Virus record (IMG/VR): IMGVR_UViG_3300000115_000005
Length of the DNA stretch: 64,000 nt
Strand: one strand, 5' to 3'
Origin: a virus
The translations under genes were made by a program, and so were the position numbers. The notes under the pieces were generated by a model that saw nothing but the letters and a program-made list of their open reading frames with translations, made no database searches and had not been told where the DNA came from. Each line of letters begins with the position of its first letter. The stretch's first letter is position 1. Positions 47,092 through 56,297 of the stretch are shown piece after piece.

Positions 47092-48645
47092 TTGTTTTCT
47101 TAACTCTTTTGATACAGCAGGGTGTTGGGCGAGACCTTTATTGACCTTATCCATAGTCTTTACAGCACCGGTCATATTACCTTTTGCGAATCTCTTATCA
47201 CGAGCTATCCCAATAGCCTGCTTAACTTGCTTTTTTGAGGGGGTGCCCTCCTCTAACTGCTCAACTTCCTCATTAGTGGCTTTCTTAACTTCCATATACT
47301 CTATTGCTTCAGCAGTTTGCGGTCTTTTGAATGCTTGATACCCTGCTTTTATTTTTTTACCCAACTTTTTAATACCTTGTTGAGCTTTGTGACCAACTAA
47401 TCCTCCAACAGCTGCACCAACTGGTCCAGCCATCATTGCACCGCCAACTGCCCCAGCAGTAGCACCTAAAGCACCTTCATCTATCTCTTCATTTGCTTTT
47501 TGTTTGCTTAAAGGTAATGACATCTGTTTTGGTTTTGGTTTTTTTATCTTATTCATATCAGCCTGTGCTTTCTTCACAGCTGTATCAAAATCATGGCCAG
47601 CGTCCATGTGACCTGTAACCATATCTTTCATTCTACCTTCTTGAAGAGAAACACTTATTGCCTCTAATGGCGCCTCTTCAAGCATTGTTAGTTTATCAAA
47701 GAAAGAAGCTGACTCATTTACGTCTTTACCACTTACTTTGGTACCACGAACTATGTTTTGTCTAGCGCCATAACTACCTCTTTTCTTTGGCTCAGATTTT
47801 CTTGTCATTGCTTTTTTCATTGTTTGCTCTTCTTCACCACCTCTACCATAATCACTCGCACCATATTTGGCACCTTGAGCTAGTTTAGCCTTGTGTCTGG
47901 TAACTCCTTTTGGTAATACTTCAACTTCATTGACATATTCAACAGCTTCTTTAGAAACTTTCATACTGACTAAACGATCAGGTTTATCCATGGTCACGGT
48001 GCGTTTTGCAGGTTTTTTCTTTGCACGAAGCATCTTTAAATCTTCGGCATCTACTTTATTATTTTTATTCATGTCTAGTTTCTTTTGACCTCCGTGTAAT
48101 TCACCATGAGCCTCATCTACTGATTTGACATCTGGTAACATTTTTTCTATTCTTTCAGATTGGCTTTTGTGCATCTTTGAAGCACCAGCCAGTTCTTTAG
48201 AAATCTTTTTAAGTTTTTCTTTATCTTCACCTATTTGATTTCTATTATTTAAAGTTTGTAAAGGTACCATTCCATATTTTTCACGAATCACATTAATTTT
48301 TTCAACTATATCCGATTGTTCATTGGATAAAGGGGTGGATTGCATAGCATCTTGTGTTAGAGATTTGAGAGATTCGACATCTTCTTCACTCATAGTGTCT
48401 AAGGGTAGATCAAACACGTTTACATTTTCAACTTTAACTGCTTGTTGAAGTCCTTTAGCAACACCAGCTTCCTCTTCAGGTGTTTTCTTTTTTGAGGCTT
48501 TAGTTTGTGTTTTTTTCAACTCTTGGTCAAATTCTGTATTAGTAGGTTCTTCACTAAGCACTTGTGATACTGGTTGAACACCATACATAATCTTATTGAC
48601 CTCGTCTGTGACACTTTTAAGTGCCTCCGAATCTTTCGATTTCAT
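46711..48645 (-). CDS. Modular internal-head-like protein with EQIDEL repeats
   Basis: Same linkers; EF-hand-like DMNKNNKVDAED; C-terminal KFDVYPSAYANGW module. Confidence 0.65.
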   Translation of the reverse strand: MKSKDSEALKSVTDEVNKIMYGVQPVSQVLSEEPTNTEFDQELKKTQTKASKKKTPEEEAGVAKGLQQAVKVENVNVFDLPLDTMSEEDVESLKSLTQDAMQSTPLSNEQSDIVEKINVIREKYGMVPLQTLNNRNQIGEDKEKLKKISKELAGASKMHKSQSERIEKMLPDVKSVDEAHGELHGGQKKLDMNKNNKVDAEDLKMLRAKKKPAKRTVTMDKPDRLVSMKVSKEAVEYVNEVEVLPKGVTRHKAKLAQGAKYGASDYGRGGEEEQTMKKAMTRKSEPKKRGSYGARQNIVRGTKVSGKDVNESASFFDKLTMLEEAPLEAISVSLQEGRMKDMVTGHMDAGHDFDTAVKKAQADMNKIKKPKPKQMSLPLSKQKANEEIDEGALGATAGAVGGAMMAGPVGAAVGGLVGHKAQQGIKKLGKKIKAGYQAFKRPQTAEAIEYMEVKKATNEEVEQLEEGTPSKKQVKQAIGIARDKRFAKGNMTGAVKTMDKVNKGLAQHPAVSKELRKQNEDIEQIDELDTKTLRSYKSKAEDDQVDRAMDMKGNTPKAKKRAMGIDKAKGRLQMKAQLYGGRPGQSSYKEEVEYIEEKNVPTNPKLWSRAKSLAKSKFDVYPSAYANGWASKWYKSKGGSWRKG

Positions 48646-48661
48646 TTCTTTTTCTCCTTGT

Positions 48662-48970
48662 TTAGCAGTTCCATTTTCTTAAAGCTTTATTAATTCGGCT
48701 ATCTGGATCTCTAGCTGTTTTAGCTGAGGTTAGCTTCTTTTTCATGCCTTTCATTCTCCGGCAGAATGATAATCTTCTCTTAGCAGACTTTGAACCTTTT
48801 TTTAATTTACTTGGTTTTGTTGTAACTGCTGTTTGTAACTTTGATCCTGGATTTTCACGGCGATATGAGTCAACACCTTTTTGGTTTAAACCACCATCTG
48901 GATCTTTGCCAGCGGACCTTGTCCATGCAGGTGATTTATCTTCCTCTATAAACTGTATAAATTTTTTCAT
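48662..48970 (-). CDS. Conserved basic phage protein with capsid-targeting-like N-terminus
   Basis: MKKFIQFIEE; KSPAW.R..GK...GGLN.KG...RRLSFC.RM...ALRKWNC. Confidence 0.7.
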   Translation of the reverse strand: MKKFIQFIEEDKSPAWTRSAGKDPDGGLNQKGVDSYRRENPGSKLQTAVTTKPSKLKKGSKSAKRRLSFCRRMKGMKKKLTSAKTARDPDSRINKALRKWNC

Positions 48971-50853
48971 TACCCTGTTCCTGGAAATCGTTTTGCTCTA
49001 AAAGTTTTTAAATTAATACCAACTTTTTTAAGTTCATCTTCCTTTTGTGCTGAAATAGAAGCCGTAGTAGTATCACCTGTAAGTTCTTTAAACGGTATTA
49101 CTACACCTTTTTTTAATCGACCTTTATTGGTCAAACTATTATATTCTTTAGAATATGAATTAAGAGCCATTCCAGGTTCTATACCTTTGTCTATGGATTC
49201 ATATTGCGTGGTTTTCTCGGACGCCTTCTTTTCCGAGAGTTCGTTTGGTTTGTAGTATTCGCTATCTTGTGACCCGAAGTACCATGCGTTAAATGTGTTG
49301 TTGACATTCTTGGTTCCGAGTTTGCTCTTTTTTGTTTTATGTGATACTGCCTCGGAAAATTCTCTCTCAAGAACTCGTCCAAAGCTTTGTCTATTTCCTC
49401 TTTGATCACTTTCCTTATCATATTTCCAATCATATTCATTACTTAAATCCTCCTTCGTTATTTTACCTTTACCAAAATTAGAGACCATTACAGGTTTACC
49501 ACCTTTTCCTGGTCTATTTGCAACTGGGTCATGTTTACGCTTCACACGAACAGCAGCTGCACGTTCTTTTTTAGAAAGCTTAGCTCTCTTTTCTTTTGAC
49601 ATACATTTTGGTTTTGGCTCACCTGGCTTTCTTGCACATGGTCCAGCTACATTACCTTTTGAGTCGATTCTTTTCCAATCACCTTGTGGATGATCTTTAG
49701 AAAACCATTGCCTCAAATCTTCATCAAATGTATCTTCAAATAATTCATCAATACCTTTTATGTTATTGGACATTTTATCCTCTAACCATTCTTTTAAATC
49801 AAATATTCTTTGTTGAAAGTGGTACTCTGTTAAATCTTCTGAGTTATCAAATTCAATGTAATCTTCTTTAAAAACATCTTCAAAATATGGCTTCACCATA
49901 TTTACTAATTCCCATTTTTGATGTCTTAGTTCCTCGTTCATGACTCTTTTTCTAGACTCATTTCTTAATTTTGAAACGTCATTTGTTGTAGAAACAAGAA
50001 CCATTGTTGTTTTATAATTTTGTTCTTCTAATTTTTCTTTTATTTTACTTAAAGTTTTAATCTCATGAGCATTACCATTAATTACAAGGTTTGATCTTTC
50101 ATGAGTATCATATCTTTTTTCCATGATATATTCAAAAGCTTTATCCGTATTCACTTCTCTAAGATTAAAATCTTCTAATACACTTTTGAATATGTAATCT
50201 TTACCAGAACCAGGACCACCAATTAAAAATACTGCAACATCTTCTGCAATCTTCATGCCTTTGCGAGTATCATTGTACATATGTTTTACATGAGAATCAC
50301 TCATTTTTGATGGAGCCCCTGATTTAAATGACTTGTAATCACCTTTAACTGCGTGTCCTCTCATCTTAGTGCCTGACATACCAGATGTAGTTTGACTATC
50401 TGGATCTCTATCACCAGATGAATGTATTGTTATCTTTTTAAAGTTGTATAATGCTTTTGAATGTGTACCATTATATCTATCGAGAGTGTTTTTAAACTCT
50501 GAGACACGGTCTGAACCTGCAACAACGTGTAGGTGTGATACACCTTTTTTATGTAACTTAGCTGCTTGTTTTAAATAATTTGGATTTTCTTTATCTGAAG
50601 TGGATAAATTGGCACGTGGAAATGCCTTCTTAGCGTGTTTTAACTTATCAGTTGGTGAAAGTGGATTTTTATTTTTGTCTTGACTATGAGATAATACAAC
50701 ATGGTGTGAACCACCAACTTGTCTTGCGACTTGTTGCACTTTATTTACAAGTTTTTCATGGCCTTTTGTAATCGGGTTCATTCTACCGAATGACATTACG
50801 GCATGATTATCTTTTTTTGATAGATTTTCATCTATGTAGTCTAGAAATTTCAT
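48970..50853 (-). CDS. HxGH-type nucleotidyltransferase fused to a P-loop kinase and basic C-terminal modules
   Basis: FGRMNPITKGH, VAGSDR, MSGTKMR; IGGPGSGKD Walker A. Confidence 0.75.
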   Translation of the reverse strand: MKFLDYIDENLSKKDNHAVMSFGRMNPITKGHEKLVNKVQQVARQVGGSHHVVLSHSQDKNKNPLSPTDKLKHAKKAFPRANLSTSDKENPNYLKQAAKLHKKGVSHLHVVAGSDRVSEFKNTLDRYNGTHSKALYNFKKITIHSSGDRDPDSQTTSGMSGTKMRGHAVKGDYKSFKSGAPSKMSDSHVKHMYNDTRKGMKIAEDVAVFLIGGPGSGKDYIFKSVLEDFNLREVNTDKAFEYIMEKRYDTHERSNLVINGNAHEIKTLSKIKEKLEEQNYKTTMVLVSTTNDVSKLRNESRKRVMNEELRHQKWELVNMVKPYFEDVFKEDYIEFDNSEDLTEYHFQQRIFDLKEWLEDKMSNNIKGIDELFEDTFDEDLRQWFSKDHPQGDWKRIDSKGNVAGPCARKPGEPKPKCMSKEKRAKLSKKERAAAVRVKRKHDPVANRPGKGGKPVMVSNFGKGKITKEDLSNEYDWKYDKESDQRGNRQSFGRVLEREFSEAVSHKTKKSKLGTKNVNNTFNAWYFGSQDSEYYKPNELSEKKASEKTTQYESIDKGIEPGMALNSYSKEYNSLTNKGRLKKGVVIPFKELTGDTTTASISAQKEDELKKVGINLKTFRAKRFPGTG

Positions 50854-50887
50854 AAGCCTCTGCAGCTAATAAGTTAATTATTTCTGT

Positions 50888-50895
50888 TATTTATA
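50888..50895 (-). promoter_or_regulatory. T4-type late promoter
   Basis: TATAAATA. Confidence 0.75.
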
Positions 50896-50898
50896 CAT

Positions 50899-51657
50899 TT
50901 AAGTTTTTATGGTTAGCACATCTCCATCAACAAATTGTTCTACTCCTGCTTTTTCATCAACTGGTCTAGATGCAGGTACAAATGGTGTATTATCAGAACT
51001 TCCACCACCTTGATTTCTGCCAAACTCTAAAGGTTGTTTCCAATGTATTTCACCTCTTTCAAATACAATTACACTATCATAAAATGTAATTGATTGTGTG
51101 GATCTAGTGAAATCATCTGGTTCTACCTGACCTTTTGTATGATCTGCATTGAGTTTATCAACCAAGTTTTTAGATACATTTACAATTGATTCTGGTTCAT
51201 TTAGACCACCACCATGAGTATCTTTCCAATAAGCTGCGTGTGTATCTTCAACAAGATAAACTCCGTTCTTAGACATCTTTGAGTACAAATACTGGAATGT
51301 TTTGTTTACATGAGCGACTTGATGACTACCATCATCTATGATAATATCAAATTCACCAAATTCATCTACTAACTCTTGTAAAAATTTTTCATCTGATTGA
51401 TCACCGATACGAATAATAGTACCTGGTATTTCATAGTTTGAACAAGATGGTGTTATATCAATTGCAACTATCTTTGAAAGTGGGCCAAAATATTTCTGCC
51501 ACATAGGTAGAGAACCACCATTTAAAACACCAATCTCTAATATCTTTACTGGTTTATTTCTAAACCTTTCAAAATGTTTTTCATATATTGGAAAGTAATG
51601 TGTCCATCTTGTAATTTTATTACCATCATTCTCTAAAAAGTATTTCCATAAATTCAT
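50899..51657 (-). CDS. Class I SAM-dependent (sugar O-)methyltransferase
   Basis: LEIGVLNGGSL, IGDQSD, DIIIDDGSH, YLVED. Confidence 0.85.
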   Translation of the reverse strand: MNLWKYFLENDGNKITRWTHYFPIYEKHFERFRNKPVKILEIGVLNGGSLPMWQKYFGPLSKIVAIDITPSCSNYEIPGTIIRIGDQSDEKFLQELVDEFGEFDIIIDDGSHQVAHVNKTFQYLYSKMSKNGVYLVEDTHAAYWKDTHGGGLNEPESIVNVSKNLVDKLNADHTKGQVEPDDFTRSTQSITFYDSVIVFERGEIHWKQPLEFGRNQGGGSSDNTPFVPASRPVDEKAGVEQFVDGDVLTIKT

Positions 51658-51658
51658 A

Positions 51659-52363
51659 TCAATATTCCTCTGTTTTTCCTGTTCCAGCCATAATACCTTC
51701 AACATACAATCTTTTAAGTTCTACCACATATTTTTTATTCAATTCTCTAAAATGTGCGTGTTCTGTATCTATATTATAAGCCATGCAAGAGTTTAGTGCT
51801 TTGTTTAAAGTTCTAATATAATCATCAATCAAAGAAGGACAAAGTGAAAAAAATCTAGTAATAAACAAGTGATCTGTTACACTTTTATCTGGCATCCAAG
51901 TTTCAATTCTTTCTTTAAAAACGTATTTACCAAATAAATTAGAGTTGTCATATATTCCAATATTAAACTTATCTTGTAATAACGATCTAGCTGAATATTT
52001 GAAAATTCTTTTTACAGAGTATAACAGTTTAGCTAATTCTGGGTGTTGTTTCAATAAAAAAAGTGTCTTAAGCAACAAAGTAATTTCAGCTTCACTCTTT
52101 CTACCAGTCTTAGATAATTCTCTCACTTGTTCATCATGAGCCCAATATACTTGTCCATTAACTAACTTGTCTATTTGATTACTTTTTTCATCTTCTATCC
52201 CTCCAGGTGATCCATCAGAGAGTAGAATATAAGCATTAGGTAGTTTTTCTCTCAGGTTTTTAAGACCATCTAAAGTTTGTTTAAGTCTATCATCTTTACT
52301 AATTACACCGATTGTAGGCTCTAAAGCTGATGTTACAATAAATAAATTTTTATCGGGTATCAT
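51659..52363 (-). CDS. Glycosyltransferase-like hypothetical protein
   Basis: FIVTSA...R..QT, IFKYSAR motif; located in glycan cluster. Confidence 0.5.
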   Translation of the reverse strand: MIPDKNLFIVTSALEPTIGVISKDDRLKQTLDGLKNLREKLPNAYILLSDGSPGGIEDEKSNQIDKLVNGQVYWAHDEQVRELSKTGRKSEAEITLLLKTLFLLKQHPELAKLLYSVKRIFKYSARSLLQDKFNIGIYDNSNLFGKYVFKERIETWMPDKSVTDHLFITRFFSLCPSLIDDYIRTLNKALNSCMAYNIDTEHAHFRELNKKYVVELKRLYVEGIMAGTGKTEEY

Positions 52364-53415
52364 TTACCACTCTTCAACAATGTTAAGTATTGGTCTAAGT
52401 CATCTTTATCTCTTTTAAGATTGATTGCTGTTGCTCTAGGGTATGGGTTTTGATTGTGAAAATCATTTATTAATATCCTATCTGCATTTGGTAACCCAAT
52501 CAATAATTCATAATCTTTAAATCCTAAATTATCAAGTGTAGCTCGTGTATATTCTTCAACTTCTTTTTCTCTTGCTGTAGTAAAAACAAACTTAGATCCA
52601 TTTTTCTGTAAGTCTAAAAGTACCTTTACATTTTTTTCAAGAGGCTTACCTAGTACAGACATTGCATTATTACCGACTCTGCTCTGCGATTTCACAACGG
52701 TGCCATCTATATCACAAAATATAACTGGTTTATTATTCCATTCAAACCAATCATTAGCAGTTCCAACATCTACATAATCTTCCACATATTTTGTGTAGAA
52801 TACTTCTTCGTTATATAAAGCTCTTGCAATTACATCTGATACAAATATTTCACCATCAGTAAGAATTTCTCTATAATTATCTAAGAATACTTTGGCTGAT
52901 TCAAACTTATAACCACCAACACAAAATATATCAGATACAACTTTCTTTTCTATAATTTGGTTTATGATACCTTGTTCATTTGAAATGATAAAACTTTTAG
53001 AGGATAACTTTTTCAATACTTCATGAAATGATATATTAGAAACACAAACATAGTTACCCTCAGTACATTTATGTTTGAAAAAACTATCACAATCCTTGAT
53101 AAAAATTTCATCATTTTCATCTATGGGCATTTTTTCTAATATTTGATAAACAGTTTCAGCAGGTCCTCTTGTAGGATTATCTAAGATTACAATGTTTATT
53201 CTAAATCCATATTGTTCACGAATAAACTCTGAAGCTTGATATGCCTTATCATGTTCTTTTAAAATACCAATTGTAATATTATATTTCTCATCATCTAAGA
53301 ATTGTTCTATCGCATTATGAAACATCATCTTATTGTGTCGGCCAAATAAAAGAAATTTTGGTTTCATATTAGGAAATCTGGAAGAAGCCCCAGCGGCTGG
53401 TATAATTATTTCCAT
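52360..53415 (-). CDS. Sugar nucleotidyltransferase fused to a HAD phosphatase
   Basis: IIPAAGASSRF..KP, DCD; FCDIDGTV, TTAR, LIND. Confidence 0.8.
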   Translation of the reverse strand: MEIIIPAAGASSRFPNMKPKFLLFGRHNKMMFHNAIEQFLDDEKYNITIGILKEHDKAYQASEFIREQYGFRINIVILDNPTRGPAETVYQILEKMPIDENDEIFIKDCDSFFKHKCTEGNYVCVSNISFHEVLKKLSSKSFIISNEQGIINQIIEKKVVSDIFCVGGYKFESAKVFLDNYREILTDGEIFVSDVIARALYNEEVFYTKYVEDYVDVGTANDWFEWNNKPVIFCDIDGTVVKSQSRVGNNAMSVLGKPLEKNVKVLLDLQKNGSKFVFTTAREKEVEEYTRATLDNLGFKDYELLIGLPNADRILINDFHNQNPYPRATAINLKRDKDDLDQYLTLLKSGK

Positions 53416-54152
53416 AAACGATTTATCTCCTTCAATATAAACTTTCTATTACTATCTCCATTTTCAGTATGTAAATAAACTCTTAACAACATAAGAATTA
53501 AAAGATAATCATTTTTTGCAAAACCAAATTTACTAAAAACTTGGTCTTCCAGATTTTGTAACTTAACATCTAACTTAATATTTTTGTTTCTTAAAAACCA
53601 CCTACAAGTTAAATCTTGCCTTAATTTGGCTAGGTCGAATACATACGAATCATATTCAATTGTAACTGGATCTATCATTGTAAAGGATTCTTCATTAAAA
53701 ATCAAGTTTTCTAGGGTAAAGTCGCCATGATATGTTGACCTTGGCAAGTGACTTGGCAATCTATCAATGAGTTCCTTTTTTATAAAAGGTAAATCATCTA
53801 CTGAATCAATCCAATCAAGCTTTGTGTCATAGACATTACTATAATCCACTTTTATAGCGTCTTTAGCAAATGAATCTATTGTTTGAATTATAAAATTACC
53901 TAATCTCTTTGTACTTCTAGTTTTTAGGTACTCCAAAATATCAAGACCATGAATATACTCCATCTCAATATAGTTTTCAGATGAGTCATATATTGCTGGA
54001 ACATTGTAACCTTTTTCATTTAGACCTATTAACCTTTCAATATTTCTTTCCACATTGCCATTCTTTCTTACAAAAAATTCTTTATCGTCTTTTATAAGTA
54101 ATATTTCAGAACCCGAATGTCCAATAAATTCTTTTACTATCTTTTTTTCCAT
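53406..54152 (-). CDS. APH/choline-kinase-like phosphotransferase
   Basis: GHSGS, HGDFTLEN, MIDP, DLAKLRQD. Confidence 0.8.
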   Translation of the reverse strand: MEKKIVKEFIGHSGSEILLIKDDKEFFVRKNGNVERNIERLIGLNEKGYNVPAIYDSSENYIEMEYIHGLDILEYLKTRSTKRLGNFIIQTIDSFAKDAIKVDYSNVYDTKLDWIDSVDDLPFIKKELIDRLPSHLPRSTYHGDFTLENLIFNEESFTMIDPVTIEYDSYVFDLAKLRQDLTCRWFLRNKNIKLDVKLQNLEDQVFSKFGFAKNDYLLILMLLRVYLHTENGDSNRKFILKEINRLWK

Positions 54153-54835
54153 TTAGCACAATCATCACGAATTAAACTATGCCAGGTTCCATTAAAATCA
54201 CCTGGAGGGAATGGATTATTCATATCCACATATGTCAAAAATTTACCATGTAACCCATACTCATGTAAATGGGCTTTCATCATATCTTCACCGATCATTG
54301 AAACCTTTTGATCGTAATAGTGGTTCATATTATTGTAAATAGTCATTCTCTTATTCATAATATTAGATGAGCTAAATGCAAATTGATCGTTACCAAAATC
54401 TTTTTCTGGAACCATTCTACAATTTGGTATATAAAGTACCCATGGATTCATTTTATAGAATGGTATAACAATATTTAAAGCATAATCAGGCCTCGATTTA
54501 ATCACCCAATCATAATTCTTTTTTAATTCCATTTCTTTTTTAATTTTTAATTCACAGGACCTCTGCATACTATAAAGCATTGACACCGTAAAACGAGGTG
54601 GGTGGTTTATAGCATCTGGAGTATTTTTATATCTTTCATCATAATCACCTTTAAGTTCATTTTCTAGAAGAGATGAAACTGGTTTATATAATTTTATATA
54701 CTCTTCAGCTTCATCAGAATTCCATGAATGTATAAATGTATCAACATCATAGTGATCTAGTAAATTCTTCTTGTGATATTCATAACCTTTTTCAAAACTT
54801 CTAGGTTGACCGGATAAACATAGGGCTATTTTCAT
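54137..54835 (-). CDS. Putative glycosyltransferase
   Basis: KIALCLSGQPR, YDWVIKSRPD, NDQFA. Confidence 0.65.
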   Translation of the reverse strand: MKIALCLSGQPRSFEKGYEYHKKNLLDHYDVDTFIHSWNSDEAEEYIKLYKPVSSLLENELKGDYDERYKNTPDAINHPPRFTVSMLYSMQRSCELKIKKEMELKKNYDWVIKSRPDYALNIVIPFYKMNPWVLYIPNCRMVPEKDFGNDQFAFSSSNIMNKRMTIYNNMNHYYDQKVSMIGEDMMKAHLHEYGLHGKFLTYVDMNNPFPPGDFNGTWHSLIRDDCAKWKKR

Positions 54836-55407
54836 TTTGAATACTTTAAATTAATTTTAGAGTGGTGTTGTTCATCAGCTCTAACTTTTTTAATTAAATC
54901 AGAAAGTTTAGCATCTTCTTGCATTTGATAATACTCAATTGCTCTTTTAGGTGCAGGCACGTTTTCAATTTGTCCATTCTCAACCATATAGAGGTATTCT
55001 GTGTAAGACTTAACTGCTTCACGTTCAAAATAAAAAATCATTTTGTGTGCGGTTTTAGGAAAAAATACATAAAGAAAAAAATAAAAGACCCAAAAAGTTG
55101 CCTGTGAAAAAATAACTAACCATCTTTCAAAGAAATTAGGTCTAGCTATTTCTATAAAAAACATTAAATGTTGTCTTTCATTTTCGGCTTCTGCAATTAA
55201 TTCTCTAATCATAGGTCCATGGCCAGTTTCCATTTTTCTTAAACTTCTCAAATGAATCCACATTCCTGCAACAATACCAGGAACTCCAGCTACAGTTTCT
55301 AGAACTACAGCTCTATGACCATATCTCTTAGCAAAAAAAGTGTCTGCCAAAAATCTAAAAAACTTTGTCATTGATTTAGCAAACCAATCTGATATTTTTC
55401 TTTTCAT
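54832..55407 (-). CDS. aox: Alternative oxidase (di-iron ubiquinol oxidase)
   Basis: LETVAGVPG, EAENERQHL, FEREAVKSY, RADEQHH; start reassigned to 55407. Confidence 0.92.
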   Translation of the reverse strand: MKRKISDWFAKSMTKFFRFLADTFFAKRYGHRAVVLETVAGVPGIVAGMWIHLRSLRKMETGHGPMIRELIAEAENERQHLMFFIEIARPNFFERWLVIFSQATFWVFYFFLYVFFPKTAHKMIFYFEREAVKSYTEYLYMVENGQIENVPAPKRAIEYYQMQEDAKLSDLIKKVRADEQHHSKINLKYSK

Positions 55408-56276
55408 GTAGAATACTTCATTTGTATGATGTGTCGCCAAGCAGGAACTCTATCGTATTGGTGTACAATACAAAAGTCTTTACTACCATCAGATGTTTTA
55501 ACAGATCCACTTTCCATAATAGGGCTTGATTCTAACAAGTGTGACTTAAATTCTTGTATCTTAGCTGGATCTGCCGTTGTACCTAATTGACAAGCCCAGC
55601 CATCTTCTGACTTAAAATATTTTGATTTTTGTTTGTAGGGGGATTGTGAAACCATAAAGTTAAATGTAGATTGGTCACATATTGGTATAGGTTTACCCAT
55701 GCAAGATGAAAATATATTAATCATTAGAGATTTCATAGCATAACCTGTGCCAGCTAAAACACCTACATTATAGATTTCATTTTCTTTGAAAATTTCATGT
55801 ACATATGGTCCATAAGTTTCAAGAAGATTTTGATTACCCCATGGTTCATTTTTATATAAAATACTTTCAGAGGAGAAAAAATAGTCATAATGATCATTAT
55901 TATTAAAGTAAAAACAATGTTTCTCTTTATACTCTTCTATCCATTTAACTGGATCTTTTTGGAATATAACGTCTTTAACATCTGTTGTAATAACCCAATC
56001 ATACTCTGGTGATTTTTTTAAATAATCATATATGTGTATAAATCTTTCAACATGAGGTGGCATTTTTGAATCATGAACTAAATTACCCTCATCATCTTTA
56101 TTGAAACCTATGATTTTAAAACCAGCTTGTTCAACTTTGATAACTGTTTCTTTATCACAATTTAATAATATTAAAACTTTATCACCTTCAAATCCACTTT
56201 GATTAATTGAATTACACCAATATTGTAGTGTATTCCAATCATAATTACTAGCACATCCTATAATCAAGTTACGCAT
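55404..56276 (-). CDS. GT-A fold glycosyltransferase-like protein
   Basis: TDVKDVIFQKDP, NVGV..G, DQ..FN, IVHQYDR. Confidence 0.7.
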   Translation of the reverse strand: MRNLIIGCASNYDWNTLQYWCNSINQSGFEGDKVLILLNCDKETVIKVEQAGFKIIGFNKDDEGNLVHDSKMPPHVERFIHIYDYLKKSPEYDWVITTDVKDVIFQKDPVKWIEEYKEKHCFYFNNNDHYDYFFSSESILYKNEPWGNQNLLETYGPYVHEIFKENEIYNVGVLAGTGYAMKSLMINIFSSCMGKPIPICDQSTFNFMVSQSPYKQKSKYFKSEDGWACQLGTTADPAKIQEFKSHLLESSPIMESGSVKTSDGSKDFCIVHQYDRVPAWRHIIQMKYST

Positions 56277-56297
56277 TATTTACTCCAATTTAAGTTA

